NCBI GenBank assembly: GCA_043797085.1
Contig: JAZDQA010000006.1
Location: 64,001-128,000 of the forward strand
Reading direction: 5' to 3'
Length of the DNA stretch: 64,000 bases
DNA from: Pseudomonadota bacterium
GTDB taxonomy: Bacteria > Campylobacterota > Campylobacteria > Campylobacterales > Sulfurimonadaceae
Part shown: positions 40,509-50,485 of the stretch, one piece after another
Layout: every line of letters starts with the position of its first letter
How positions within the stretch are numbered: the first letter of the stretch is position 1
Made by a program: the position numbers and the translations under genes
The notes under the pieces: generated by a model
Seen by the model: the letters and a program-made list of their open reading frames with translations, nothing else
The model's database searches: none
What the model was told of the DNA's origin: nothing

Positions 40509-41093
40509 TTAGATGCTAAGCATATTGACAAGATCATAGGAAAAAAGTCCTAAAAGTTTTTCAAAAGTTTTTACGCCGCCACTAGGATCATTGGTCGGGC
40601 ATTGTTGAACGAAATTGAAATTTTTGGTTTTAAGGAGTTTATTACCCTCATTTGAAATGAGATTGACTTTTATTTGCATGATCACATGTGATCCTTGGGG
40701 ATTAAACTCTTGATAAAAATCGATCACTTCGACTTCCAGTGTCAAGTCCGTATTGGCTTTAGACGCTGTTGGTAATACAGCTTTATAAATATTATGCGTA
40801 ATTAATGCAGATTCAACGCTTTGACTTACCAAATCACTGGGTGCAATCACCCACTGGTTGTAGGCAAAATAAGAAAATATCGATCCTTTTTTGTACCACA
40901 TATGATTTGTATTATACATATCATTCGTCATCATAGGCTGAATTTTGATAGATAAATTCGTCTGAATATTGGTTTTATTATTCTCCACAACTTTGCTGTT
41001 AATCCTATGTTCTTTCATCACAACGGCTGAGTTTTTTAATGAACAGCCACTCAAAATCAGTAAGCTTAGAATGGATACTAAAAGTTTTTGCAT
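40509..41093 (-). CDS. ABC-transport auxiliary lipoprotein (PqiC-like)
   Basis: ATG at 41093 gives lipobox LILSGC; W...P motif; last gene of the MCE operon. Confidence 0.8.
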   Translation of the reverse strand: MQKLLVSILSLLILSGCSLKNSAVVMKEHRINSKVVENNKTNIQTNLSIKIQPMMTNDMYNTNHMWYKKGSIFSYFAYNQWVIAPSDLVSQSVESALITHNIYKAVLPTASKANTDLTLEVEVIDFYQEFNPQGSHVIMQIKVNLISNEGNKLLKTKNFNFVQQCPTNDPSGGVKTFEKLLGLFSYDLVNMLSI

Positions 41094-41094
41094 A

Positions 41095-42003
41095 TTATTC
41101 TCCTGGTCCAGGTTGGATAATTTTTTGTTTAAAAAGTAAATCACTTGGACTCTCTTTGAGTTCTTGAATGACGATTTTCCCCTCGCGCACAAGATTTTTA
41201 GTTTGATTGATAGCATCATTAGAGTTATCCAGCGTCAACGATAGTTTTTCTATTACTTTTGATTTCTTAACATCTTGAAGCATACTGGAGGTCTCTTGGG
41301 TTAAGATTCTTGTGTCATTAATGGCAGATTGCGCTTGCTGTGCAACATTGGAAAATTCTTGCAGCGTTTGATTGATATTATTTTCGACTTCTTTTGTCCC
41401 ATGTATCAAGTGCGTAATCTCTTCTTTATTGTTTTTAAGTTCGGTGGAGATTTGAGAAAAATTATCCAAACTGCTGCTTACGCTGTTAATATTTTTATCA
41501 CTTATGAGGGTATTAACCTTCACTATGGTTTTGGAAATATCCGTTAGCATCCTTTCAGCTTTGTCCGATAGTTTTGACAGCGTGGAAGATTCTGATTTGA
41601 TAACAGGGCGTTCACTTTTATCCATACTTTTTAGAGTTTTGGTCTCTTTTGTCCCCCCTTTTATCTCTAAATATCCGACGCCGGCTATACCTTGTGAATT
41701 TAAAACGATCAAACTGTCCGTTTTGACGGGCGTCTCTTTTTTCACTTTAAACGTTACTTCTACACGCTCCGGATCATTTTTATCAATGGTTATATTTTCA
41801 ACATATCCGACATCTATCCCTTTTAATTTAACGGGTGATGATGTTTTGAGTCCGGAAACAGACTCCCCTATGTAGGTTTTATAGCTGTCGTACTGATCAC
41901 TGTCAATCCCATATTTTCCCATCCAAAAAGCAAATCCCGCCAAACATAGGATACTTATAATTCCAAATAAACCTACAATTATAAAATTCGCATTTCTTTC
42001 CAT
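41095..42003 (-). CDS. mlaD: MlaD/MCE-domain protein
   Basis: N-terminal TM helix, SVSGL...SPV.LKGIDVG.V, long helical C-terminus. Confidence 0.9.
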   Translation of the reverse strand: MERNANFIIVGLFGIISILCLAGFAFWMGKYGIDSDQYDSYKTYIGESVSGLKTSSPVKLKGIDVGYVENITIDKNDPERVEVTFKVKKETPVKTDSLIVLNSQGIAGVGYLEIKGGTKETKTLKSMDKSERPVIKSESSTLSKLSDKAERMLTDISKTIVKVNTLISDKNINSVSSSLDNFSQISTELKNNKEEITHLIHGTKEVENNINQTLQEFSNVAQQAQSAINDTRILTQETSSMLQDVKKSKVIEKLSLTLDNSNDAINQTKNLVREGKIVIQELKESPSDLLFKQKIIQPGPGE

Positions 42004-42737
42004 TAAGTAACCTTTAAAAAATCTTTCAAAAATGTCATATCGCTGTTAATGGCTGCTTCATAATTCCCATCAAAACAAATTCTTTTGTTCTGAAGAACGA
42101 TAAATCTATCCAGTGCACTCTTGATCGTATCCAGATCATGGGTAACGATAATCACGCTAAACCCTAGCATATCTCTTAATTCTACGATTAACTTATCAAA
42201 CGCTTCTGCACTTGACGGGTCGAGTCCGCTTGTCGGTTCATCCAGAAAAAGAAGTTCAGGATCAAGGGCAAGGGCCCGTGCCAAGCCTACTCTTTTTTTC
42301 ATTCCGCCGCTTAGCTCGCTGGGATATAAATAGGCAGACTCACTGGAAAGCCCCACCATGGCGAGCTTGGTCATAGCCATATTTTCGATAAGACCTATAG
42401 GGAGTTTTGTGTACTCAATCAGCGGAAGACAAATATTTTCCAGTACGGTGAGCGATGAGTACAATGCCCCAAATTGGAACAATACGGCCCATTTTTGTCG
42501 AAGTTTATGTGCAGCTTTATGACTGATTCCTCTTAGTGATTCGCCAAGAATTTCGATGTTCCCCGATTGGAATTTTTGGAGCATAATGAGTTGACGCAGC
42601 AGTGTTGATTTACCGGCACCGCTGCCCCCTAGTATTCCAAAAATTTCTCCTTTTTGAATACTAAAAGAGAGATCATCATGAATAAGGGTGTTCCCAAATT
42701 TTGTGACAATATTTTCTACCTTAATAACTTTGGTCAT
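42003..42737 (-). CDS. mlaF: MlaF-like ABC ATPase
   Basis: GGSGAGKS, LFQFGAL, LSGGMKKR, LDEPTSGLDP. Confidence 0.92.
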   Translation of the reverse strand: MTKVIKVENIVTKFGNTLIHDDLSFSIQKGEIFGILGGSGAGKSTLLRQLIMLQKFQSGNIEILGESLRGISHKAAHKLRQKWAVLFQFGALYSSLTVLENICLPLIEYTKLPIGLIENMAMTKLAMVGLSSESAYLYPSELSGGMKKRVGLARALALDPELLFLDEPTSGLDPSSAEAFDKLIVELRDMLGFSVIIVTHDLDTIKSALDRFIVLQNKRICFDGNYEAAINSDMTFLKDFLKVT

Positions 42738-43849
42738 ATGCCCAGCTTTGTCAATGCGACTGCTATGATGGCATCACAAATAATGACCCAAAAAAGTGCG
42801 CTTACAACACTTTTGGTTGTGAGTTTTCCAATACTGTCCGTGCTTCCAGTTGCTTGAAATCCCCTGTAGCATCCTACAACACCGATAATGGCACCGTAAA
42901 CGGGCGATTTTGCTAATCCGACATACAATTCATTAACGGATATTTCAAGATACATTCTGTCGATGAAGTCATTCAAACTAATACCTAATTGAAAATGTGA
43001 AACAATATAAGCACCCGTCATACCTGCCATATCTGCAGCAAAAACCAAAAATGGCATCGTAATGATAAGAGCAAAAACCCTTGGAATGACCAAAAAAACA
43101 AAGGGATCAAGTCCCATCGTCCGCATCGCATCAATTTCTTCGGTAATTTTCATGGTTCCAATTTCAGCTGTAAAAGAACTGGCACTTCGTGCAGCGATTA
43201 AAATGGCGGTGATAATGGGTGAAAGTTCTCTAAAAACAGACATTACGCTTAGATCAACAATGAAAATATCAGCACCGATTTTTGTCAGATACCCTGCAGA
43301 TTGATATGCCACAACCAGACCTATTAAAAAAGATAAGATTGTAATGATTCCGATAGCTTGGATGGCAGACGTATCAATATGTTTTACCAATGCGGTAAAT
43401 CTAAAATTCCACGGTGAAATAATGAGCTTCAGCAGTGCAAAAAGCATTTCACCGACAAACGATAAAAAATCACCGCTTCCTTTAACCCCATCAATAATCC
43501 ATTTACCTATTCCTTCAACAGAAAGATATTGTTTTGGGGGTAACTCAGGTTTGTTACGGAAGTTTTTTTGATAAAAGTTGAGGAGTTTTGCGTGATCTTC
43601 GTGTACATTCACGCACGTTACACTGCATTTATCTTTAATAAGCTTATTTTTAATCCGCAAAATTTCAACTGCACCTGCTGAATCAATAGTTAGGCAATCA
43701 ATAAAATCAAAAATAATCGCTTTATCAAAAAAATTGCCAATATCCTTTTCTATACTGTTCGTATTTGCTAATGATTCTTTTGTCCAATCATTGGCGATCA
43801 ATACTTTAAGATCGACTGCACTTAAATATTGAATTTTTATTCTTTGCAT
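42734..43849 (-). CDS. mlaE: MlaE permease with N-terminal STAS-like domain
   Basis: IDSAGA (STAS) then RELSP, TAEIGTMKITEEIDA. Confidence 0.9.
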   Translation of the reverse strand: MQRIKIQYLSAVDLKVLIANDWTKESLANTNSIEKDIGNFFDKAIIFDFIDCLTIDSAGAVEILRIKNKLIKDKCSVTCVNVHEDHAKLLNFYQKNFRNKPELPPKQYLSVEGIGKWIIDGVKGSGDFLSFVGEMLFALLKLIISPWNFRFTALVKHIDTSAIQAIGIITILSFLIGLVVAYQSAGYLTKIGADIFIVDLSVMSVFRELSPIITAILIAARSASSFTAEIGTMKITEEIDAMRTMGLDPFVFLVIPRVFALIITMPFLVFAADMAGMTGAYIVSHFQLGISLNDFIDRMYLEISVNELYVGLAKSPVYGAIIGVVGCYRGFQATGSTDSIGKLTTKSVVSALFWVIICDAIIAVALTKLGI

Positions 43850-43987
43850 GGCGAAATTATGCCCATAAAAGCGATTAATTTAATTTCATTGTTGTAATGC
43901 AATTGTTTCGTAATTGTAATAAATTCTATTTATACTTCCATCTGTGAAAAAACTTTATGGCAATTTAATTAAAATGCCTCTAAAAGC

Positions 43988-44533
43988 TTAAAAAACTATA
44001 GATAAAAATGCTTTAACTTCGTCAAAATAGCGTTCAAATTGATCGAAGCGGTGATTTCCACCTTCTTCAATAATCATCTTTGCCCCATCATAATGGTTTT
44101 TTGCCACAGTATGATCGAGTATTTCATCCCCAGTTTGCAGAAAGATACAATAATTTTTAGTGTTTGGTTGTTTAACGATATAGGGGCAAAAATCATTGAT
44201 GTCGCTTTCGTTCCAGATAAAAATACTGCCATCGTCTCGGGTGTTTTTTCCTAGGTAGCGACGTGTTGTTTCGTAGGGAGCAATAGAAGGGTTGATTAGA
44301 ACCGTTTTGATGTTATGGCACTCACTGAGATATGAAGCGTAAAATCCACCTAATGAGCTGGCAATAATCCCCGTAATGGAATGTTTTTTGATGAGCATTT
44401 CCAAGTCTTCGATAGCCTCTGCCGGAGAAACCCGAAAATCGGCAATTACAATAGTGTCATTAAAATGTTTTTTAAGTATGTTGGCTTTAGACGATTGAGC
44501 TGTTGTTCTAAATCCATGGATATAAAGAATCAC
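43988..44533 (-). CDS. YqiA/YcfP-family alpha/beta hydrolase (esterase)
   Basis: ILYIHGF, ASSLGG, LINP, GDEILD, GGNH; GTG start likely at 44533. Confidence 0.88.
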   Translation of the reverse strand: MILYIHGFRTTAQSSKANILKKHFNDTIVIADFRVSPAEAIEDLEMLIKKHSITGIIASSLGGFYASYLSECHNIKTVLINPSIAPYETTRRYLGKNTRDDGSIFIWNESDINDFCPYIVKQPNTKNYCIFLQTGDEILDHTVAKNHYDGAKMIIEEGGNHRFDQFERYFDEVKAFLSIVF

Positions 44534-44597
44534 GTCGTAACCTTTCTGCAAAAAGACAAATTATAGTCTTTTCACTATCTAATTATCAAGGAAAATG

Positions 44598-45659
44598 CTA
44601 TTTGACACGGTACTTTTCTACAATACGTCTGATTACTTCATCGGCAATTTGTTCTTGAATCCCCATGTCTAAATGGCTGAAAAAACCGACACACGAGCAG
44701 TTTATCTCACCTAGCACATAGGTATCATTTCCATCATCATCGTTGTCGAGCATAAAATCACCTGTCCAGAGAATGGGCGGTTCCTTGATTTTGCCCAGTT
44801 TACTTGAGATGAGGGGGATGGAGTCAACAAATTTATTTATCAATTTAGGATAAGCATCGGGAGAATAATAGGTGTAATGCGCTCCCGAACCGATTGTGGC
44901 TGAAAATGCATCTGCATGATCTGCTGGTTTTTTATGGACGACAAATATAGGCTTGTTACCTATCATTAAAATGCGAATTTCTCCTTCCGTAATACGAGGA
45001 AGAAATCGCATATCAACCAGCATCCCATTTTTCCCCTTGATGTATTGCTTGCAAAAACGGATAAAGTTACCCAGAGAGTGATATTCTACATGATTATCAA
45101 ATGCTTCGGTACATTTTACGACTGTTTCTTCAGGAATTGCCTCGCCCGCTTTGTACTCGATATGATTATCAGTTACTTCGACTTTCCAGATACCTGAACC
45201 TGTAGACCCACGATTTTGTTTAAGTACACGCGGTCCATAAGAAAGGGTTTTCGGAAATATCTTTTTGAACTCTTTGTAAGTGTAATACGCGTAAGTATCA
45301 TCGGGAACCAAATCAGTATTGGCGAGTTTTGAGAGGACATCTTTGGAGCCGAAACGCATCATGGTCGTAGGGTGTGTCATTACCAGTACGTCTTTTTTAC
45401 TGAGTTTATTTAACATATCAAAGAGTTTATTTTCGCCGTTTGGAAGATTTCCAGGATTAATTCTGGTAATAACAGCATCGGCACGTTCAAGAATATAAGA
45501 ATAAAGCTCATCAACCCACTCATCTCGAAAATAGATTACTTCAGCAGTAAATCCTTTTTCAATCAATGCTTCGATAATAGGCATCGTATCGCGTCAATGT
45601 CCATTGATCCATTTATCTGACCCGCCTTCAGCTTCGATAATTATGATGTGTTTTTTCAT
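44598..45659 (-). pseudogene. Cj0069-family ATP-grasp protein with an in-frame TGA at codon 22
   Basis: AGGAG RBS then ATG 45659: MKKHIIIIEAEGGSDKWINGH*RDTMPII...; remainder intact (RINPG, KQNRGSTG.GIW, EGEIR, GEINCSCVGF). Confidence 0.75.
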
Positions 45660-45842
45660 GCACTACTCCTATGGGATGTGGAAGTGTACATAGTAAAGAT
45701 TATAGATTGGTTGCAAAGAAAAATATTGTTGGAACGGTAAAACAAAAAGTGCGCAAGATCAGTTTAGCCCTCTTGCGTTATTATATCATTTAGGTTAATT
45801 TCAGCAGTGCCTATAGTTTAATCAATCAATACGAATACAACT

Positions 45843-45851
45843 TGCTACAAT
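45843..45851 (+). promoter_or_regulatory. Extended -10 promoter element upstream of zwf
   Basis: TG-C-TACAAT about 30 bp before ATG 45881. Confidence 0.5.
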
Positions 45852-45880
45852 GGTAAAAATTAAAATTTTAAAGAGTCTTT

Positions 45881-47344
45881 ATGAGTGAAATATCCAATTT
45901 ATGCGACGTTATTATTTTCGGAGGGCATGGTGATTTAGCATTTCGAAAGCTCATGCCTGCGTTGTATCATCTTTGTAATGACGGACACATTAACGAGCAC
46001 AGTCGTATTTTTTCCACAACCCGTGCCAATATGACCCAAGAAGAGCACCTTGAACTGGTCAAAACAAAATTAAAAGAATTTTTAGCCCAAGAGCAATTTG
46101 ATGAGGCAAAATTTGAGAATTTTAAAGCACGCCTGCATCTGGTTAAAGTAGATCTGGGTAATGTTGAAAGTTACGAGGAACTCAGCCATCTTCTTGGAGA
46201 AAATCCTCAACGAGAACGAATCAGCTATCTCTCTACCTCTCCTGATTTTTTCGGAACGATTTGTAAAGCCTTAAGCACGTGGAGACTTGTCAGCCCTCAA
46301 AGTCGTGTCGTTTTGGAAAAACCGATCGGGCGGGATCTTGTCTCTTCGCGTGCCATCAATGTGGAAGTGCTCAAATATTTCGACGAGTCCCAAGTCTACC
46401 GCATCGACCACTATTTAGGAAAAGATACCGTTCAAAACATTATGGCGTTACGTTTTTCCAACCGTATTTTCACCCCTTTATGGGATGCGAGCAACATTGA
46501 CCATGTCGAAATCACGGTCTCCGAAAGTGTCGGGGTTGAAGGGCGTTGGGGATATTATGATGAGTACGGTGCAATGCGCGATATGATTCAAAATCATCTG
46601 ATGCAGCTGCTGTGCCTCATCGCTATGGAACCCCCGTGTTCTTTGGATGCGGACAGTGTACGGGATGAAAAAGTAAAAGTACTCAAATCCCTGCGCCCTA
46701 TGAGTGCCGCGGATATCCAGCAAAAAACCGTTCGCGCCCAATATTCAAAAGGCTCCAGTAACGGTCAAATCGTCCCCGGATACAAAGAGGGGGAGGGTGT
46801 CGCAAACAGTACGACCGAAACCTATGCCGCCGTTCGTGTCGACATCGACAACTGGCGTTGGAACGGTGTGCCGTTCTATCTACGTAGCGGAAAACGTCTG
46901 CGCAACAGAAACTCTGAAATCATTATTCAGTTTAAATCAATCCCTTACTCGATTTTTGCCAACAAAGGCAGCTGTATTTCGCAAAACAAACTGGTCATCA
47001 CTTTGCAGCCCAAAGAGAGTATTCAGCTCAAACTCATGAATAAGATCCCCGGACTCAGTGAACAAATGCGTCTGCAACAAGTCGATTTAGAACTCAACTC
47101 CCCTATGAATGATGAAAGAAAACCCGAAGCCTATGAACGCCTGATGCTCGATGTTATCCGCAGTAATCCGACCTTGTTTATGCGACTGGATGAAGTGGAA
47201 GCGGCGTGGAAATGGGCGGATATTATTTTGCAAGGATGGGCCCAAAACATTGTTCCGATGAAAAGCTACAGTGCAGGAACCGATGGACCCACCGCCGCAG
47301 TTGAGCTAATCGCACGTGATGGCAGAAGCTGGCATGATGAATAA
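45881..47344 (+). CDS. zwf: Glucose-6-phosphate 1-dehydrogenase
   Basis: FGGHGDLA, LEKPIG, RIDHYLGK, DMIQNHL, NWRWNGVPFYLRSGK. Confidence 0.97.
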   Translation: MSEISNLCDVIIFGGHGDLAFRKLMPALYHLCNDGHINEHSRIFSTTRANMTQEEHLELVKTKLKEFLAQEQFDEAKFENFKARLHLVKVDLGNVESYEELSHLLGENPQRERISYLSTSPDFFGTICKALSTWRLVSPQSRVVLEKPIGRDLVSSRAINVEVLKYFDESQVYRIDHYLGKDTVQNIMALRFSNRIFTPLWDASNIDHVEITVSESVGVEGRWGYYDEYGAMRDMIQNHLMQLLCLIAMEPPCSLDADSVRDEKVKVLKSLRPMSAADIQQKTVRAQYSKGSSNGQIVPGYKEGEGVANSTTETYAAVRVDIDNWRWNGVPFYLRSGKRLRNRNSEIIIQFKSIPYSIFANKGSCISQNKLVITLQPKESIQLKLMNKIPGLSEQMRLQQVDLELNSPMNDERKPEAYERLMLDVIRSNPTLFMRLDEVEAAWKWADIILQGWAQNIVPMKSYSAGTDGPTAAVELIARDGRSWHDE

Positions 47345-48017
47345 TCTCAATTTTCACCGTTTTGATGATGAAGAAAAGCTTGCTTTTTCTCTTACTCAAA
47401 GCATCGTGGATGATCTCAACGACGCCATCGCCGAAAAAGGATCTGCATCTTTGATCGTCTCAGGCGGAAGCACCCCTAAAAAACTTTTTAAAGCCTTAAG
47501 TAAGATAAACATCGATTGGGATAAAATTAAAATCGGTTTGTGTGATGAGCGTCTCGTTGAACCGACCCATAACGATAGCAATGAAAAACTTGTTCGAGAA
47601 ACACTCATGACAAGTTATGCCCAACAAGCAACGTTTATTGATATGGCAAGCGAAGATGAGACTGCGTGTTCTATGCGCGTTAAAGAGCTACTTATGCCCT
47701 TTGATGTGATCGTTTTAGGGATGGGAGAGGATGGTCATACCGCATCACTTTTCCCTAATAATCCAAGGCTTGATGAAGCATATGACCAAACCAAAGAAAA
47801 TGTCTGCATTAAAATTGTTCCGCAATATGCTCCACATTCGCGCATGAGTCTTACACTGGGAGCTATTTTAAGCGCTCGCCATGTCTATCTTCATTTTCAA
47901 GGCGAGAGCAAACTGAATGTTTACAAAGAAGCACTAAGGGGGGCGGATTCATTCGCTATGCCCATTCGTGCTATCATTAACCAAACAGATAAAAAGATTG
48001 AGGTATACAGCGCATGA
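47334..48017 (+). CDS. pgl: 6-phosphogluconolactonase
   Basis: SGGSTP, DERLV, LGMGEDGHTASLFP. Confidence 0.95.
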   Translation: MMNNLNFHRFDDEEKLAFSLTQSIVDDLNDAIAEKGSASLIVSGGSTPKKLFKALSKINIDWDKIKIGLCDERLVEPTHNDSNEKLVRETLMTSYAQQATFIDMASEDETACSMRVKELLMPFDVIVLGMGEDGHTASLFPNNPRLDEAYDQTKENVCIKIVPQYAPHSRMSLTLGAILSARHVYLHFQGESKLNVYKEALRGADSFAMPIRAIINQTDKKIEVYSA

Positions 48018-49843
48018 ATGAAATACTCCTTCGCGTTACTAAAAACATACAAGAACGTTCCCGTATCAGCAGAGAACATTATCTCCAACGGATCAACGAA
48101 GCAAAAAGACATGGCGTTAATCGGCAAAAACTCGGATGCAGTAATCTAGCCCATGCCATGGCACCGATGGATGCACACGATAAAGCCTCACTAAGTGCAC
48201 TGCAAAATCCCAATATCGCGATTGTCACGGCGTATAACGATATGCTCTCCGCCCATGAACCCTATAAACTCTATCCTGCCCTCATTAAACGGACTCTAAG
48301 CGACATGGGTGCCACGTGTCAGGTTGCAGGAGGAGTTCCCGCCATGTGTGATGGGGTGACTCAATCGCAAAAAGGGATGGAGTTAAGCCTCTTTAGCCGT
48401 GACAACATCGCCATGGGAACCGCTATTGCCCTCTCTCACAATGTCTTTGACGGAGCTTTGTATCTGGGAATATGCGATAAAATTGTCCCGGGTCTTGTCA
48501 TCGGGGCATTGGCGTTTGGTCATCTCCCCGGACTCTTCGTCCCAGGTGGACCAATGCCATCAGGAATTAGCAACGCGGAAAAAGGGAGAATCCGACAAGA
48601 GTATGCCAAAGGCAACGTCACTAAAGTCGATCTTCTAAAAGCCGAAGCCGCCTCCTATCACAGCAGCGGGACATGCACCTTTTATGGCACCGCAAACTCA
48701 AATCAAATGCTCTTGGAAATGATGGGTCTGCAACTTCCCAACAGCTCGTTTGTCAACACCAACACCCCGCTTCGTGAAGCACTCACCATAGAAGCTTCTC
48801 GCACCATCCTTGGTTTGACTGAGAGTTTTGGAAACTATCTCCCCATAGCCGACATCATCGATGAACGCAGTTTTGTTAATGCGATTGTAGGACTCATGGC
48901 AACCGGCGGATCGACCAACCATACCATCCATCTCATCGCCATGGCGCGCGCCGCAGGGATACTGCTGACATGGGATGATTTTGATGCTCTTTCGAAAATC
49001 ACACCGCTTCTATGCCATATGTATCCTAACGGAAGTGCCGATGTCAACGCATTTCGAGACGCAGGCGGAATGTCGGTCGTGATCCATCAGCTTCTGAATG
49101 CAGGTCTGGTGCATAACGATGTCCAAACCATCATAGGCAAAGGGCTTGATCGCTACGTCGTTGAACCTACACTTAAGGAACATACATTCCGTTTTGATAC
49201 CGGAGCCACAATCTCTCGTGACACTTCGGTCATTTCCAGTGCAGAAACTCCCTACAGACACGAGGGGGGAATTAAACTGCTTCGCGGAAATATCGGTCGA
49301 AGCATCATAAAAACCTCAGCGCTCAAAGATCCCGATATCATTATCGAAGCCGAAGCGATTATTTTTGATTCTCAAGAAGCATTGCAAAGTGCCTTTAAAC
49401 GCGGCGAACTGGAGAGAGATTTTATCGCCGTTGTCCGATTCCAAGGTCCACGCGCCAACGGTATGCCCGAACTTCACGGTCTTATGCCTCCGCTTGGCGT
49501 GCTTCAAGAGCGAGGATTCAATGTCGCAATCGTAACCGATGGTCGAATGTCCGGTGCATCAGGAAAAGTCCCCTCGGCAATCCACATCACACCCGAAGCC
49601 GCTGAGGGAGGAATATTGGCAAAACTCCAAAACGGTGACAGAATCCGTTTTGATGTCAAAACGGGGGAAGTCACGGTATTGGTAGATGATGCAATAGTAT
49701 CAGCCCGTCCGATTTATACACCCGATTTGAGCCACAACCGATACGGCTTTGGTCGAGAACTCTTTGCCTCAATCCGAGCCAGTGTCGGAAGTGCTGAAGA
49801 GGGTGCAAGTATTTTTGATATTACAGGTAAGGAACGCGCATGA
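48014..49843 (+). CDS. edd: Phosphogluconate dehydratase
   Basis: CSNLAH, YNDMLSAH, AMCDGVTQ, CDKIVPG, TDGRMSGASGKVP. Confidence 0.97.
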   Translation: MNEILLRVTKNIQERSRISREHYLQRINEAKRHGVNRQKLGCSNLAHAMAPMDAHDKASLSALQNPNIAIVTAYNDMLSAHEPYKLYPALIKRTLSDMGATCQVAGGVPAMCDGVTQSQKGMELSLFSRDNIAMGTAIALSHNVFDGALYLGICDKIVPGLVIGALAFGHLPGLFVPGGPMPSGISNAEKGRIRQEYAKGNVTKVDLLKAEAASYHSSGTCTFYGTANSNQMLLEMMGLQLPNSSFVNTNTPLREALTIEASRTILGLTESFGNYLPIADIIDERSFVNAIVGLMATGGSTNHTIHLIAMARAAGILLTWDDFDALSKITPLLCHMYPNGSADVNAFRDAGGMSVVIHQLLNAGLVHNDVQTIIGKGLDRYVVEPTLKEHTFRFDTGATISRDTSVISSAETPYRHEGGIKLLRGNIGRSIIKTSALKDPDIIIEAEAIIFDSQEALQSAFKRGELERDFIAVVRFQGPRANGMPELHGLMPPLGVLQERGFNVAIVTDGRMSGASGKVPSAIHITPEAAEGGILAKLQNGDRIRFDVKTGEVTVLVDDAIVSARPIYTPDLSHNRYGFGRELFASIRASVGSAEEGASIFDITGKERA

Positions 49844-50463
49844 ACGCTTATGATGTGATGAAAATCTCCCCCATTGTCCCCGTTATTGCTATCGAAGATG
49901 CCAAGGATGCACTGCCTCTTGCCGAAGCGTTGTTGGCAGGGGGAATCGCTCTTATGGAGATTACCTTGCGCACTCCCGCAGGGATAAAAGCAATCGAGAT
50001 CATTGCCAAAAACTTACCCCAAATGGCGGTAGGTGCAGGAACCGTCCTCAATGCGGATGATTTCAAAAAAGTAGTCGATCACGGTGCGCAGTTTGTCTTT
50101 AGCCCCGGCATCAGCCTCGAACTGATGGAAACATCAAAATCACTCAACATCCCCTTTATTCCGGGAGTAGCTACGGCATCGGAAGTGATGCTTGCCTTGA
50201 ACAACGGCTTTGAGCATTGTAAACTTTTTCCCGCCACTGCCGTGGGAGGAATCGAAACACTCAATGGCTTTTACGGTCCATTTCCCTCCATGCGTTTTTG
50301 TCCGACAGGAGGGATCAATCTCCACAATCTCAACGATTTTCTAAAACTCCCCAATGTTTTATGCGCCGGAGGGAGCTGGATTGTCCCAAAAATGGTACTC
50401 AAAAACAAAGAATTTAGTTCAATTACCAAATTGTGCCACGAAGCACTTATCCATATAGATTAA
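49840..50463 (+). CDS. eda: KDPG aldolase
   Basis: EITLRT, VGAGTV, KLFPA, FCPTGGI, GGSW. Confidence 0.96.
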   Translation: MNAYDVMKISPIVPVIAIEDAKDALPLAEALLAGGIALMEITLRTPAGIKAIEIIAKNLPQMAVGAGTVLNADDFKKVVDHGAQFVFSPGISLELMETSKSLNIPFIPGVATASEVMLALNNGFEHCKLFPATAVGGIETLNGFYGPFPSMRFCPTGGINLHNLNDFLKLPNVLCAGGSWIVPKMVLKNKEFSSITKLCHEALIHID

Positions 50464-50485
50464 AATTATTTCACTTAGGTCATCA

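Noticed and set aside
45594..45596. Selenocysteine reading of the in-frame TGA
   Set aside because: The position appears to correspond to Arg rather than Cys, and no convincing SECIS hairpin was seen immediately downstream
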